Shown piece by piece: positions 56,901 through 64,000 of a stretch of DNA of 64,000 bases. The notes below the pieces were generated by a model. That model was not told the origin of the DNA. It was given only the letters and a program-made list of their open reading frames with translations, and did not search any database. Positions within the stretch are counted from its first letter, which is position 1. Each line of letters starts with the position of its first letter. Location: positions 1 to 64,000 of IMG/VR virus record IMGVR_UViG_3300044712_002668. One strand, 5' to 3'. The position numbers and the translations under genes are program-made.

Positions 56901-58390
56901 TCCGGCAGCATTACAGCAACAAACCCGAGCGTTGGAAGCATCGGTGCTTCAGTACCAACAAGCGGCACTTTTATAGCTGGCACAGACGGATCTTTGCTTA
57001 GGGGTATTCAGTCTGTACAAGTACAAACAGCTCCAAATGGCAGCGATTATGCATTAGTTACAAAGAATGCTTATCAATCAACTATAGGAGCCTCAGTACC
57101 GAGTTATGCTGCTTTCATGTCTGGTACTGACGGGTCACTTGCTCGTGCAGTATATTTGGCCACTGCTGGAACGGCCGTTTCTGGTTCAGAGTATGCAGTG
57201 CTTGTAAGAAATGGTTTTCAAGCACAAACAGGACAGAGCCCGCCGTCTTATGCAGCATTAATAGGTGGTAGTGATGGCTCTCTAACAAGGGTGTTAAGAA
57301 CCGCAGCTGATGGAACATTAAGAGTTGATCCAACTGGCACAACCACACAACCTGTTTCTGGAACAGTTACAGCTGCACAAGCTACCGCTGCCAACCTGAA
57401 TGCAACTGTGGTTCAAGGCAATGCGGGAACAGCAGCTCAAGGTTGGTTTGCAAGAATTACTGATGGAACCAATACTGCTGCTGTGAAAGGCGCATCAACT
57501 GCTGCAATAGCTACAGATCCTGCTTTGGTAGTTGCAATATCTCCTAATAATTCGTTAACAATTTCTGGTAATATCACTCCAGCAGATGCATTTGCTAATC
57601 CAACAACAGCACAAACCGGCTGGAGTTTGCAGGCAGTGTTCAATGGTACTACTTGGGATAGAGCAAGAGGAACAGCGGCTCTTGGAACCTATGTTTCTGG
57701 CCCGGTAGCATCTGGAAATACAGTGCCTGCAAACCCTGTGTTTGTTGGTGGTTCTGATGGTACAAACGTCAGAGCTATAAGAACTGATACTTCTGGTTAT
57801 GCAGCGGTAAGAGTTACGGATCAAACTAACTTTATGCCAACGATGGACGCGGCAGCGCGTCGTGGTTATGTACAAATAACAGATGGCACCAATAGCATGC
57901 CAACTGCTGATACAGTAGCAAGAAGCAGTTTCCATAGAATTACTGATGGAACCAATACCGCTGCTGTAAAAGCAGCTTCAACAGCGGCAATTGCAACAGA
58001 CCCAGCTTTGGTAGTTGCAATATCACCGAATAATCCTCTCACAATTGGTGGTAGTTCAACACCATCAGATGGATACGCCAACCCAAGCACAGCGTCACAA
58101 TCCCAAGCTTTCAATATGGTATATAATGGCACCACTTGGGATAGACAGCGTGGTACTACCGCATTGGGTACTTATGTATCAGGGCCTGTAGCCTCTGGTA
58201 ATGCGGTTCCAGCAAACCCAATATTTATTGGTGGTTCTGATGGTACAAATATCAGAGCTGTAAAGACTGATGGGTATGGAGATGTATTTACAAGACTTAG
58301 TGACGGTGTCAGCAACGTTGCTATAAAAGCGGCGTCAACAGCAGCGGTTGCCACAGATCCGGCGTTGGTAGTTGCAATATCTCCGAATAA
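53135..58390 (+). repeat. Dispersed DNA direct repeats within and between the two fibre genes
   Basis: Identical 23-mer at 53135 and 53561; identical 20-mer at 53321 and 57516; identical 23-mer at 57453 and 57936. Confidence 0.85.
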
Positions 58391-58688
58391 TTCTCTAACT
58401 GTAAAAGAACCAAGACCTGGGACTGCATCACAAGCTAACGTAGCATTGAGCGCTACTAGCGTTACATTGTTGTCATCAAATTCAAATAGACTAAGATATT
58501 CAGTGATAAACGATACAAATAGACAGGCTTACGTATCGCATAGCGGGGCCGCAAGTACAACAAACTTTAAATATACACTTCAACCTGGTGAATATTATGA
58601 GGATCCCTTCCCATGTTTCACTGGAGCCGTAACCATTATATGGTCAGCTTCTGGAAGCGGATCGGCTAGAGTTTGTGAGGAGACATAA
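53961..58688 (+). CDS. Repeat-rich fibre/spike protein (long form)
   Basis: 1575 aa; five NGTTWDR units, three AVK.ASTAA.ATDPALVVAISPNN units, GGVLT.QG.P.GTPIPISGSITATNPSV units. Confidence 0.75.
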   Translation: MSGTSPAVTLFNSEGTELAVKSGDTISLNSPALILAGKTTDGYAYPVSVDGYGRQVIVSDPSSPLAISGNITATNPSVGTNDATAPTSSTQIAGVNIDGYLTAVQVSREGHVAIAGNTLQGYAGEVVGWTTTTHQSLTVDGIGALYTRGQVMTDEGSFTDDFQGSGFTTNLTGTLEFTNGSDQVVGTGTLFLTELDYYTVIKKSTDADTLFIQVSSVEDDTHLTLLTPYQGTSQSGQTGVKSKWITAVGTGGSISVGSSLVTIAAGTTSGSITGFWTVPDYIPFLGALKVSVDNRRSNQNIYIGWFDVAQNAQPNLLAAFLLDGTTNTAAKCVSGTSTAAADTQTTSITIPNGANSTASNIYRVAPWQGQVAFYINDSLVAVNTQHIVPPYADIRFGVYVVNTGIPAGATSIVTDSAIYESIDRFDVRCYNTNADLLQVTANGRTTTGVPVPLQVSSAGIAVVSGAVTLSGTANTIRGNVTQYTADGTAAAANSLPVIAQMLAKKEGANTLDRLVAGPTNADGEAVETVGALVTKSRLYGFNGTTWDRLDSSTANGLIVDVSRVQGTVTVGGINANGGGITGNPVRIGGSSGAATYDIKCDTSGNLYMQGMGTAGAASGGVLTIQGDPSGTPIPISGSITATNPSVSIVNTTPPGSATYIGAKANTNAPTMTDGYIAPLSLTTGGRLRVESQFLNVVDSGNSTTTPLGAGATFTGTAVDLLSYASITYSVFTDQDSAANGVVCQFSPDNVNWDDRITNSKTADGTVSDFSARPHDRYFRIKYTNGATPQTTFRFYTILKRIMPAGDTTGVDHPPHSGDDALLVKAVMSGKSTGGGGSYVDVKVNPSGTIQIGGGDTPAEGHANPTDAQLSTAFNMGWNGTTWDRIQTHGNDVDADTVESTGSLAVCSHNMVFNGTTWDRIRGTIANGQLVDVSRVQGNVTVTQATASNLNAAVVGTGVAGTPAGGVLTVQGSPTGTPIPISGSITATNPSVGSIGASVPTSGTFIAGTDGSLLRGIQSVQVQTAPNGSDYALVTKNAYQSTIGASVPSYAAFMSGTDGSLARAVYLATAGTAVSGSEYAVLVRNGFQAQTGQSPPSYAALIGGSDGSLTRVLRTAADGTLRVDPTGTTTQPVSGTVTAAQATAANLNATVVQGNAGTAAQGWFARITDGTNTAAVKGASTAAIATDPALVVAISPNNSLTISGNITPADAFANPTTAQTGWSLQAVFNGTTWDRARGTAALGTYVSGPVASGNTVPANPVFVGGSDGTNVRAIRTDTSGYAAVRVTDQTNFMPTMDAAARRGYVQITDGTNSMPTADTVARSSFHRITDGTNTAAVKAASTAAIATDPALVVAISPNNPLTIGGSSTPSDGYANPSTASQSQAFNMVYNGTTWDRQRGTTALGTYVSGPVASGNAVPANPIFIGGSDGTNIRAVKTDGYGDVFTRLSDGVSNVAIKAASTAAVATDPALVVAISPNNSLTVKEPRPGTASQANVALSATSVTLLSSNSNRLRYSVINDTNRQAYVSHSGAASTTNFKYTLQPGEYYEDPFPCFTGAVTIIWSASGSGSARVCEET

Positions 58689-60574
58689 TGCCTATTTATT
58701 CGCAACCTACAGCAAAGAGTGTAGCAACAATTAGTAAAGAGCCTAGTGGATGGGCTGATAGAACAACAGCTACTCTTAGCAGAGTTGATGGTACGCTTAC
58801 ATTCAGCGTCACACCTGTTAGCGGATCTTTTACAATTTATATCAAAGGCGTACCTTTCACTTATACCTCTGCACAATCTATAACCTGGACAGATACAGAG
58901 GGTACTTGGTATTTTTATTTTGATATCAACGGCACTCTTACATCAACACAAGATTCGAATGCGTGGGTTACGGCTTTACTTGGCGATGGTGTATTGGTAG
59001 CATCATTATATTGGGATGCTACAAACAATATAAGCATGATGTTCTCAGAAGAGCGTCATGGTTTTATGCAAGGTGATATTCATCTTGAGATGCATAATGC
59101 ATTTGGTACGCAATGGGTATCTGGTGGTGTACTTTCTCCTACTACTGTTGCTGGTACTGGTGCAAATGCTTCTGATGCTCAACTTGGTGTCAGTACAGTT
59201 ACCATCTACGATGAAGATATCAGGATGACATGGTCTAATGGATCTCCGCAGACCATGAATAACCCTGCTGCTATACCTGTATATTACAAATTAGGCGCTA
59301 ATGGTTATTGGAGAAAGAAAACCGCTGATAGCTGGCCATTTATTTATTCTGGAACAGCAGGATATACAGGAGCGCAGGGACGTATTCCGTATAATCAAAA
59401 TAATGCTGGAACTTGGTCATTGACACAAATAGCGCAAAGCAGCTATGTTTTGATACATATTTACGCTACAAATGATATTATTGAACCTATTATAGCTATA
59501 CATGGTCAAACAGAATATGCAACATTAAATTCAGCTCAGTCTGGAATTACAACTGAATTATTGAGTATTTCTGCCATTGTAAAAGGATTGAATTTTGAAG
59601 TAACTCCACTTGGATCTTTGATAGTGCAATCAAACAGTGGTTATGGAAACACTCCAAAAGCCAGATTTCAACCTGCTACAGCAGCAGGCGCTTCATATAT
59701 AGATTTTCGTGGCAATACTTTTAGAGGTGGTACCAGCTCTGGTGTTACTGCTCACAGCCAGCTAACTGGTCTTGCTAATGATGATCATACAATATATGCG
59801 TTATTGGCTGGTAGGGCTGGTGGTCAAACTTTAATTGGTGGTACTGCTGCTAGTGAAAACTTAACACTTCAATCAACTGCAAACGCTACTCGCGGATATA
59901 TAACCATACCAGATCCATTAACAATAGGATCAAATCCAGATTTCTCTATAATACCAATTTCAAGTAGTCAAGTTGCAATTACATCTCGTAGAGATTTACA
60001 ATTAGTTGGAAATAGACAGGCTGGAGTTAGCTATACACCATCAGTTATAGGTGGAGATGGTTACTATTCAGTTATTATACCATCATCTTCTAACTCCACA
60101 TTAGCTACGGTAGGAATAAGAGCCACTGTAGGTCAAACAATTCCAATGTTAAGATTTGAAGATGGTTATGGAACCAGTGTTGGAACAATAGATTCTAGCG
60201 GAAATATAGCGTTAGTAAACAAGAATGTTAGCGGTGTAAAAACAGCAACATTTAATACACACCAAGCTATTACAGCTTCAACATCAGCAACAACTATAGA
60301 TTTTTCATCATATCAATCGGCAACTGTAACTTTGGTTGGAAGCCAGGCAACAGCATTTACTTTAACATCACCTGCTGGTCCAACAGCATGCAGATTGATT
60401 GTAATACAACCAGCATCAAATATGGTAACACCAACATGGACTACAAAACCATATGCTCCAAGCGGAGCTTTAACAATAGCCACAACAGCCAGTGCAAGAA
60501 CGCTGATTGGTTTGGTATATGATGGAAGCGTTTGGTATGCAGTATCATCTCAACCTATGACACAGTTAGCGTAA
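58688..60574 (+). CDS. Putative fibre/receptor-binding protein
   Basis: 628 aa, Ser/Thr/Gly rich, HSQLTGLANDDH fibre-type motif, C-terminal beta domain. Confidence 0.6.
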   Translation: MPIYSQPTAKSVATISKEPSGWADRTTATLSRVDGTLTFSVTPVSGSFTIYIKGVPFTYTSAQSITWTDTEGTWYFYFDINGTLTSTQDSNAWVTALLGDGVLVASLYWDATNNISMMFSEERHGFMQGDIHLEMHNAFGTQWVSGGVLSPTTVAGTGANASDAQLGVSTVTIYDEDIRMTWSNGSPQTMNNPAAIPVYYKLGANGYWRKKTADSWPFIYSGTAGYTGAQGRIPYNQNNAGTWSLTQIAQSSYVLIHIYATNDIIEPIIAIHGQTEYATLNSAQSGITTELLSISAIVKGLNFEVTPLGSLIVQSNSGYGNTPKARFQPATAAGASYIDFRGNTFRGGTSSGVTAHSQLTGLANDDHTIYALLAGRAGGQTLIGGTAASENLTLQSTANATRGYITIPDPLTIGSNPDFSIIPISSSQVAITSRRDLQLVGNRQAGVSYTPSVIGGDGYYSVIIPSSSNSTLATVGIRATVGQTIPMLRFEDGYGTSVGTIDSSGNIALVNKNVSGVKTATFNTHQAITASTSATTIDFSSYQSATVTLVGSQATAFTLTSPAGPTACRLIVIQPASNMVTPTWTTKPYAPSGALTIATTASARTLIGLVYDGSVWYAVSSQPMTQLA

Positions 60575-60583
60575 AGAGGAATT

Positions 60584-61192
60584 ATGACAACAACTACAAC
60601 TACATTACTTTATCCTTTTAGTGATTTTCCAAATAAAAGCTGTAATCCAGATATTTTAATAAGAGAATTACAAGATGCTTCGGTTTCTGGTGCGGCTGTT
60701 ACTCTTATTGGAAACAATGCACAAATCTCTTTCAACCAATTATTGACAAGCTCTCAAATAGTTTTATGTGATGGGGTTGTATCGGTTCATCAAGGATCTG
60801 TTTTCCAACCACAAATGCAGGGTTGGTTTATACAAGAAGATGGATATACAACAAATTCAGAATGGGTAAATTGTTTTACATTTGATACTGGTGCTCTGCC
60901 TGAATCTTGGTATCAGATTATGTGGTCATGTGAAACTTCTGCAGATGGTGGTGGAATTGCAGAATTCAGGTCACTTATCAATGGTGTAAACTATGTCACT
61001 CCAATGATTGAAGTAAGTTATGATAGCTGGGATAGAAGTACATGGGGCAGTTTAAGTGGTGGTATGTGGGTATACAGGCGTGCTGGTGAAAATGTAGTTA
61101 TTAATTTTGAACACAAAACAAATACAGGAATAGCAAACATTAGAAGAAGAAGATTTTCATTAATCAACGTTGGTAGAAACGTAAATTCATAA
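60584..61192 (+). CDS. Virion-associated protein, tandem paralogue A
   Basis: TLLYPFSDFPNKSCNPDILIRELQDASV aligns by eye with 61200. Confidence 0.6.
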   Translation: MTTTTTTLLYPFSDFPNKSCNPDILIRELQDASVSGAAVTLIGNNAQISFNQLLTSSQIVLCDGVVSVHQGSVFQPQMQGWFIQEDGYTTNSEWVNCFTFDTGALPESWYQIMWSCETSADGGGIAEFRSLINGVNYVTPMIEVSYDSWDRSTWGSLSGGMWVYRRAGENVVINFEHKTNTGIANIRRRRFSLINVGRNVNS

Positions 61193-61199
61193 GGATAAT

Positions 61200-61778
61200 A
61201 TGGCAACTATTACAACTCTTTCATATGATATAGAAGATATTGCTGGTAAAGGGTGCAATCTTCCTGTTTTGCATCGTGAATTAGAAGATGCATCCCTTAA
61301 TCCTGCTGGTGTTAGAAGAGATGGTAACACTATATATGTTGATTTTCAAGATTTGGTTACTCTAGATCAGAAAGCTACATGTGATACTGTTGTTTTAGCC
61401 CATCAGGCTTTAAATTTTTCTCCAACTGTAAACGCTTATAATGATCCAGAAGAACATTCAATACAGCTTGGTGACTGGGTAACGGTAGGAACATTTAATT
61501 CTGGACCATTACCAGAAGGCGTATATATTTTAACATGGTCAGCAGAAGCAAAAATTGATACTGAAGGGTTAGGAAATCGTATAGGGTTAGAGGTATCAAT
61601 GAACGGTTATGAGTGTAGCCGTGATACTTTAGCAGTTCCAGATTGGGCTAAATACCAAGATGGAGAATGGGTTCCAATCAAAGCTGGTCAAAGTTTTATT
61701 CTTGAAATGAAAGCTAAAACAATTGGATGTGCTGGCTCTGTTAGAAGAATACGAGCAGGATTATTAAAGGCAATGTAA
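61200..61778 (+). CDS. Virion-associated protein, tandem paralogue B
   Basis: TLSYDIEDIAGKGCNLPVLHRELEDASL. Confidence 0.6.
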   Translation: MATITTLSYDIEDIAGKGCNLPVLHRELEDASLNPAGVRRDGNTIYVDFQDLVTLDQKATCDTVVLAHQALNFSPTVNAYNDPEEHSIQLGDWVTVGTFNSGPLPEGVYILTWSAEAKIDTEGLGNRIGLEVSMNGYECSRDTLAVPDWAKYQDGEWVPIKAGQSFILEMKAKTIGCAGSVRRIRAGLLKAM

Positions 61779-61798
61779 GATAACGTAGGTAAGTGTAA

Positions 61799-62506
61799 AT
61801 GTCAATATCATTAGGTAATGCTGCGTCTTTAGGTGGATACCCATTAAATAACATGGATGTTAGCCATGTTTTACAATCTGGTTCCAACCGTATGGTTGTG
61901 GCGTTTTTTGCATTACACGGTGCTACATCTTATACTATAAGCACCGCTACGTACAATAGCACTAATATGACCCAGTTGGGTTTTGGAATTTGTCCAGCTT
62001 TATATAGTCGTTCAATTGCTATTTATTGTTACTATATATTAGAAGCATCTCTACCTGCAGCAGGAACGTATACATGTAGGTTCAAATCAAACGCAGGTTA
62101 TGCTGGTGGCGTGGCTGTTTACAGCATGTCCAATGTAGCCCAATCTGCTCCTAATACATTGGCCACTGCTGGTAACTCTCGTAACCCAGACCTTACAGGT
62201 CGTTATACTTTAGCTGATGGTACCAAAACATTTGGATGGACGCCTGGAGGTAGCTATTCACACTATGAACAGGTTGCTACATATATAAGTGAAGTTAGCG
62301 GAGGTGATGGGGATATATTATACCTTGATTCTACAGCTACCGAAATCAATAGTACCAATACACCTGATACACAAACACCAGCACAAACAGATACATATGG
62401 CACAATTAATATGACAGGTAGTACCTATCAATGGGGATCTCGTATTCTAGTAGCTGGAACTGGTGCGGTTGTTGATAACGCAGCAATAATGGGAGCTACT
62501 TTCTAA
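61799..62506 (+). CDS. Hypothetical beta-rich virion-associated protein
   Basis: 235 aa. Confidence 0.6.
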   Translation: MSISLGNAASLGGYPLNNMDVSHVLQSGSNRMVVAFFALHGATSYTISTATYNSTNMTQLGFGICPALYSRSIAIYCYYILEASLPAAGTYTCRFKSNAGYAGGVAVYSMSNVAQSAPNTLATAGNSRNPDLTGRYTLADGTKTFGWTPGGSYSHYEQVATYISEVSGGDGDILYLDSTATEINSTNTPDTQTPAQTDTYGTINMTGSTYQWGSRILVAGTGAVVDNAAIMGATF

Positions 62507-62524
62507 TAGTTTTGCATATGGTTG

Positions 62525-63919
62525 ATGAACATCTTTAGAGCCATATGTTTTTATGTGTTTTTCCTTGCCATAAATGGTCTATTTATATTCTTTGATTTCG
62601 TTGTTAAACAAAGAAAAACAGGTTCATTACGTGAGCGTCTGCAATATTTATTAGAATCTTCTTTAAAACATGAATTCTTTAAAGAAAGAATTGGTAGTTT
62701 TCTTGAAAAGAATAAAGATGTAAATGATGAAGAGTTTTTTAAGAACTGGAAAGAGTTACCAATCTTAACAAAACCAGATTATGTTTATATAAATATTGAA
62801 GGTAAATATCCTAAAATATCAAATAACTTCTTTGTGGCTTTGTATCAACTTTGGAGTGGAAGGTTTACATATCAACTTGCCACTGGTGGTTCTTCAAAGC
62901 TTCCCTTGACTGTAAGCATGGATAAACAACATGCATTTAAAATGGCTTTTTCATTTTTCCTTTGTTGGTATAAAATGGGATGGCGACCTGGCCAAAAAAT
63001 TCTTATATATTATCCTGATAAAATATATGATCTTGAAGTTTTCAAACATTATAGGGTTTTATTTGACTGGATTGGTGTAAGGTTCCATACGTTTTCAAAA
63101 ATAGATGTTGAAGATTTTATTAAACAACTAAACTCATATCAACCAAGTATATTGATAATTTTTCCATCTCCTTTAAATATACTTTCAAATAAAATTCATA
63201 AAAAGAATCTTGCTAGTTTTTGGCAGCCTAAATTTATCAATGTAAGTGGAGAGACATTATTCAAATGTCAAAGAGATAACATTCAGCGTATATTTTATAA
63301 ATCAAAACTAGATGATTCTTATGGTTCTGTAGAATTGGGAGAGATTGCTCATGAAAAATACCCAGGATTATTGGAAGTTTTTGATCATCATGTGTTTGTA
63401 GAGACCATTGATGCTGAAGATGGTAAAAAAGAAATGATTGCTACCGTCTTTGGAAACGGATACTTCCCATTCATTAGATATAAAATGGGCGATTTAATGA
63501 ATATTATTGAAAAAGATGGAAAGCAATATCTTTGCAATATTGATGGAAAAGCTAGTAACAAAATGAAACTTGGAAAAGAGATAATTTATCCTAGAGATCT
63601 TGATAAGTGTATTACAGAGATAAATAAAGTATTGAATCCAAAATATCCTGTTATTATAGATGCTCGCCTCATAAAAGATGAACACACTATAACCTTATCA
63701 ATTATTTTAAGTGGGAAAATACACAAACTATTATTAAATGTTGTAGAACATAAGGCACAGCAGGTGTTTAAAGAAAGGTTTGGAACCCGTCCTAATATAG
63801 ATTTTGTAGAAATTTTCAAGCATGATTATAGATTGAAGTACAGGGCATTGGTAGATAAAAAAGATGAGCACGAATGGGCGGGTGGGATTATAGGACAAGA
63901 GGATAAAATGAGGCTATAA
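62525..63919 (+). CDS. Phenylacetate-CoA ligase / CapK-like adenylate-forming enzyme
   Basis: LPILTK, ATGGSSKLP (P-loop variant), VSGETL, DSYGSVELG, FPFIRYKMGD. Confidence 0.75.
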   Translation: MNIFRAICFYVFFLAINGLFIFFDFVVKQRKTGSLRERLQYLLESSLKHEFFKERIGSFLEKNKDVNDEEFFKNWKELPILTKPDYVYINIEGKYPKISNNFFVALYQLWSGRFTYQLATGGSSKLPLTVSMDKQHAFKMAFSFFLCWYKMGWRPGQKILIYYPDKIYDLEVFKHYRVLFDWIGVRFHTFSKIDVEDFIKQLNSYQPSILIIFPSPLNILSNKIHKKNLASFWQPKFINVSGETLFKCQRDNIQRIFYKSKLDDSYGSVELGEIAHEKYPGLLEVFDHHVFVETIDAEDGKKEMIATVFGNGYFPFIRYKMGDLMNIIEKDGKQYLCNIDGKASNKMKLGKEIIYPRDLDKCITEINKVLNPKYPVIIDARLIKDEHTITLSIILSGKIHKLLLNVVEHKAQQVFKERFGTRPNIDFVEIFKHDYRLKYRALVDKKDEHEWAGGIIGQEDKMRL

Positions 63920-63944
63920 TCAGGTATTATAGCGGAGGAATAAT

Positions 63945-64000
63945 ATGGGTATTACACCGTCAAAATCAAAAAATACATATAATCTTTTTCAGAGGGTTAC
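63945..64000 (+). CDS. Start of next gene (truncated by window end)
   Basis: GGAGG RBS, ATG, open to the end. Confidence 0.55.
   Translation, partial: MGITPSKSKNTYNLFQRV

Noticed and set aside
52667-58688. Diversity-generating retroelement template/variable repeats in fibre genes
   Set aside because: Repeat differences look mostly synonymous and not adenine-specific; no reverse transcriptase in the window.
213-63819. Numerous minus-strand ORFs (for example 21428-21985, 25761-26336, 28035-28457)
   Set aside because: All lie opposite longer + strand genes, have no recognisable motifs and look like antisense shadows.
1-64000. CRISPR arrays, tRNA/rRNA genes, transposases, integrase
   Set aside because: No regularly spaced repeats, cloverleaf-like sequences or such ORFs seen; intergenic gaps are short. 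A tRNAscan-type run would confirm.
1-64000. Eukaryotic or archaeal virus origin
   Set aside because: Shine-Dalgarno sites, coupled operons, intrinsic terminators and DnaE/DnaG/RuvC-type genes indicate a bacterial host.

Overview
This window is part of a large AT-rich tailed dsDNA bacteriophage genome (Caudoviricetes, probably jumbo class; host unknown). Every credible gene is on the + strand. 1-7.8 kb holds replication/recombination genes: the DnaE-type polymerase C-terminus, a UvsY-like mediator, RecA/UvsX, a gp32-like SSB, RuvC, DnaJ, a DnaG-type primase core and a sigma-region-4-like HTH protein. 8-48 kb is a very large head module: terminase large subunit, portal, prohead protease-scaffold, three decoration-like paralogues, the major capsid protein and about 25 unknown proteins, with a CCA-type nucleotidyltransferase and a CX5R phosphatase embedded among them. 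48-63.9 kb holds repeat-rich fibre/surface proteins and a PaaK/CapK-like adenylating ligase. The most interesting signal is an apparent head-cargo loading and maturation system. A K-x-A motif recurs at N-termini and domain boundaries of head-module proteins but not of replication or fibre proteins. Shared leader modules sit in front of variable cargo domains. Two -1 frameshift signals (A-AAA-AAA plus downstream structure) would fuse leaders to downstream ORFs, one giving a protein of about 2400 aa. Separately, the tripeptide DGY is strongly enriched in surface/fibre proteins and may be a modification or binding motif. No tRNA, rRNA, CRISPR array or mobile element was seen. All family calls come from motif recognition by eye, with no database search.
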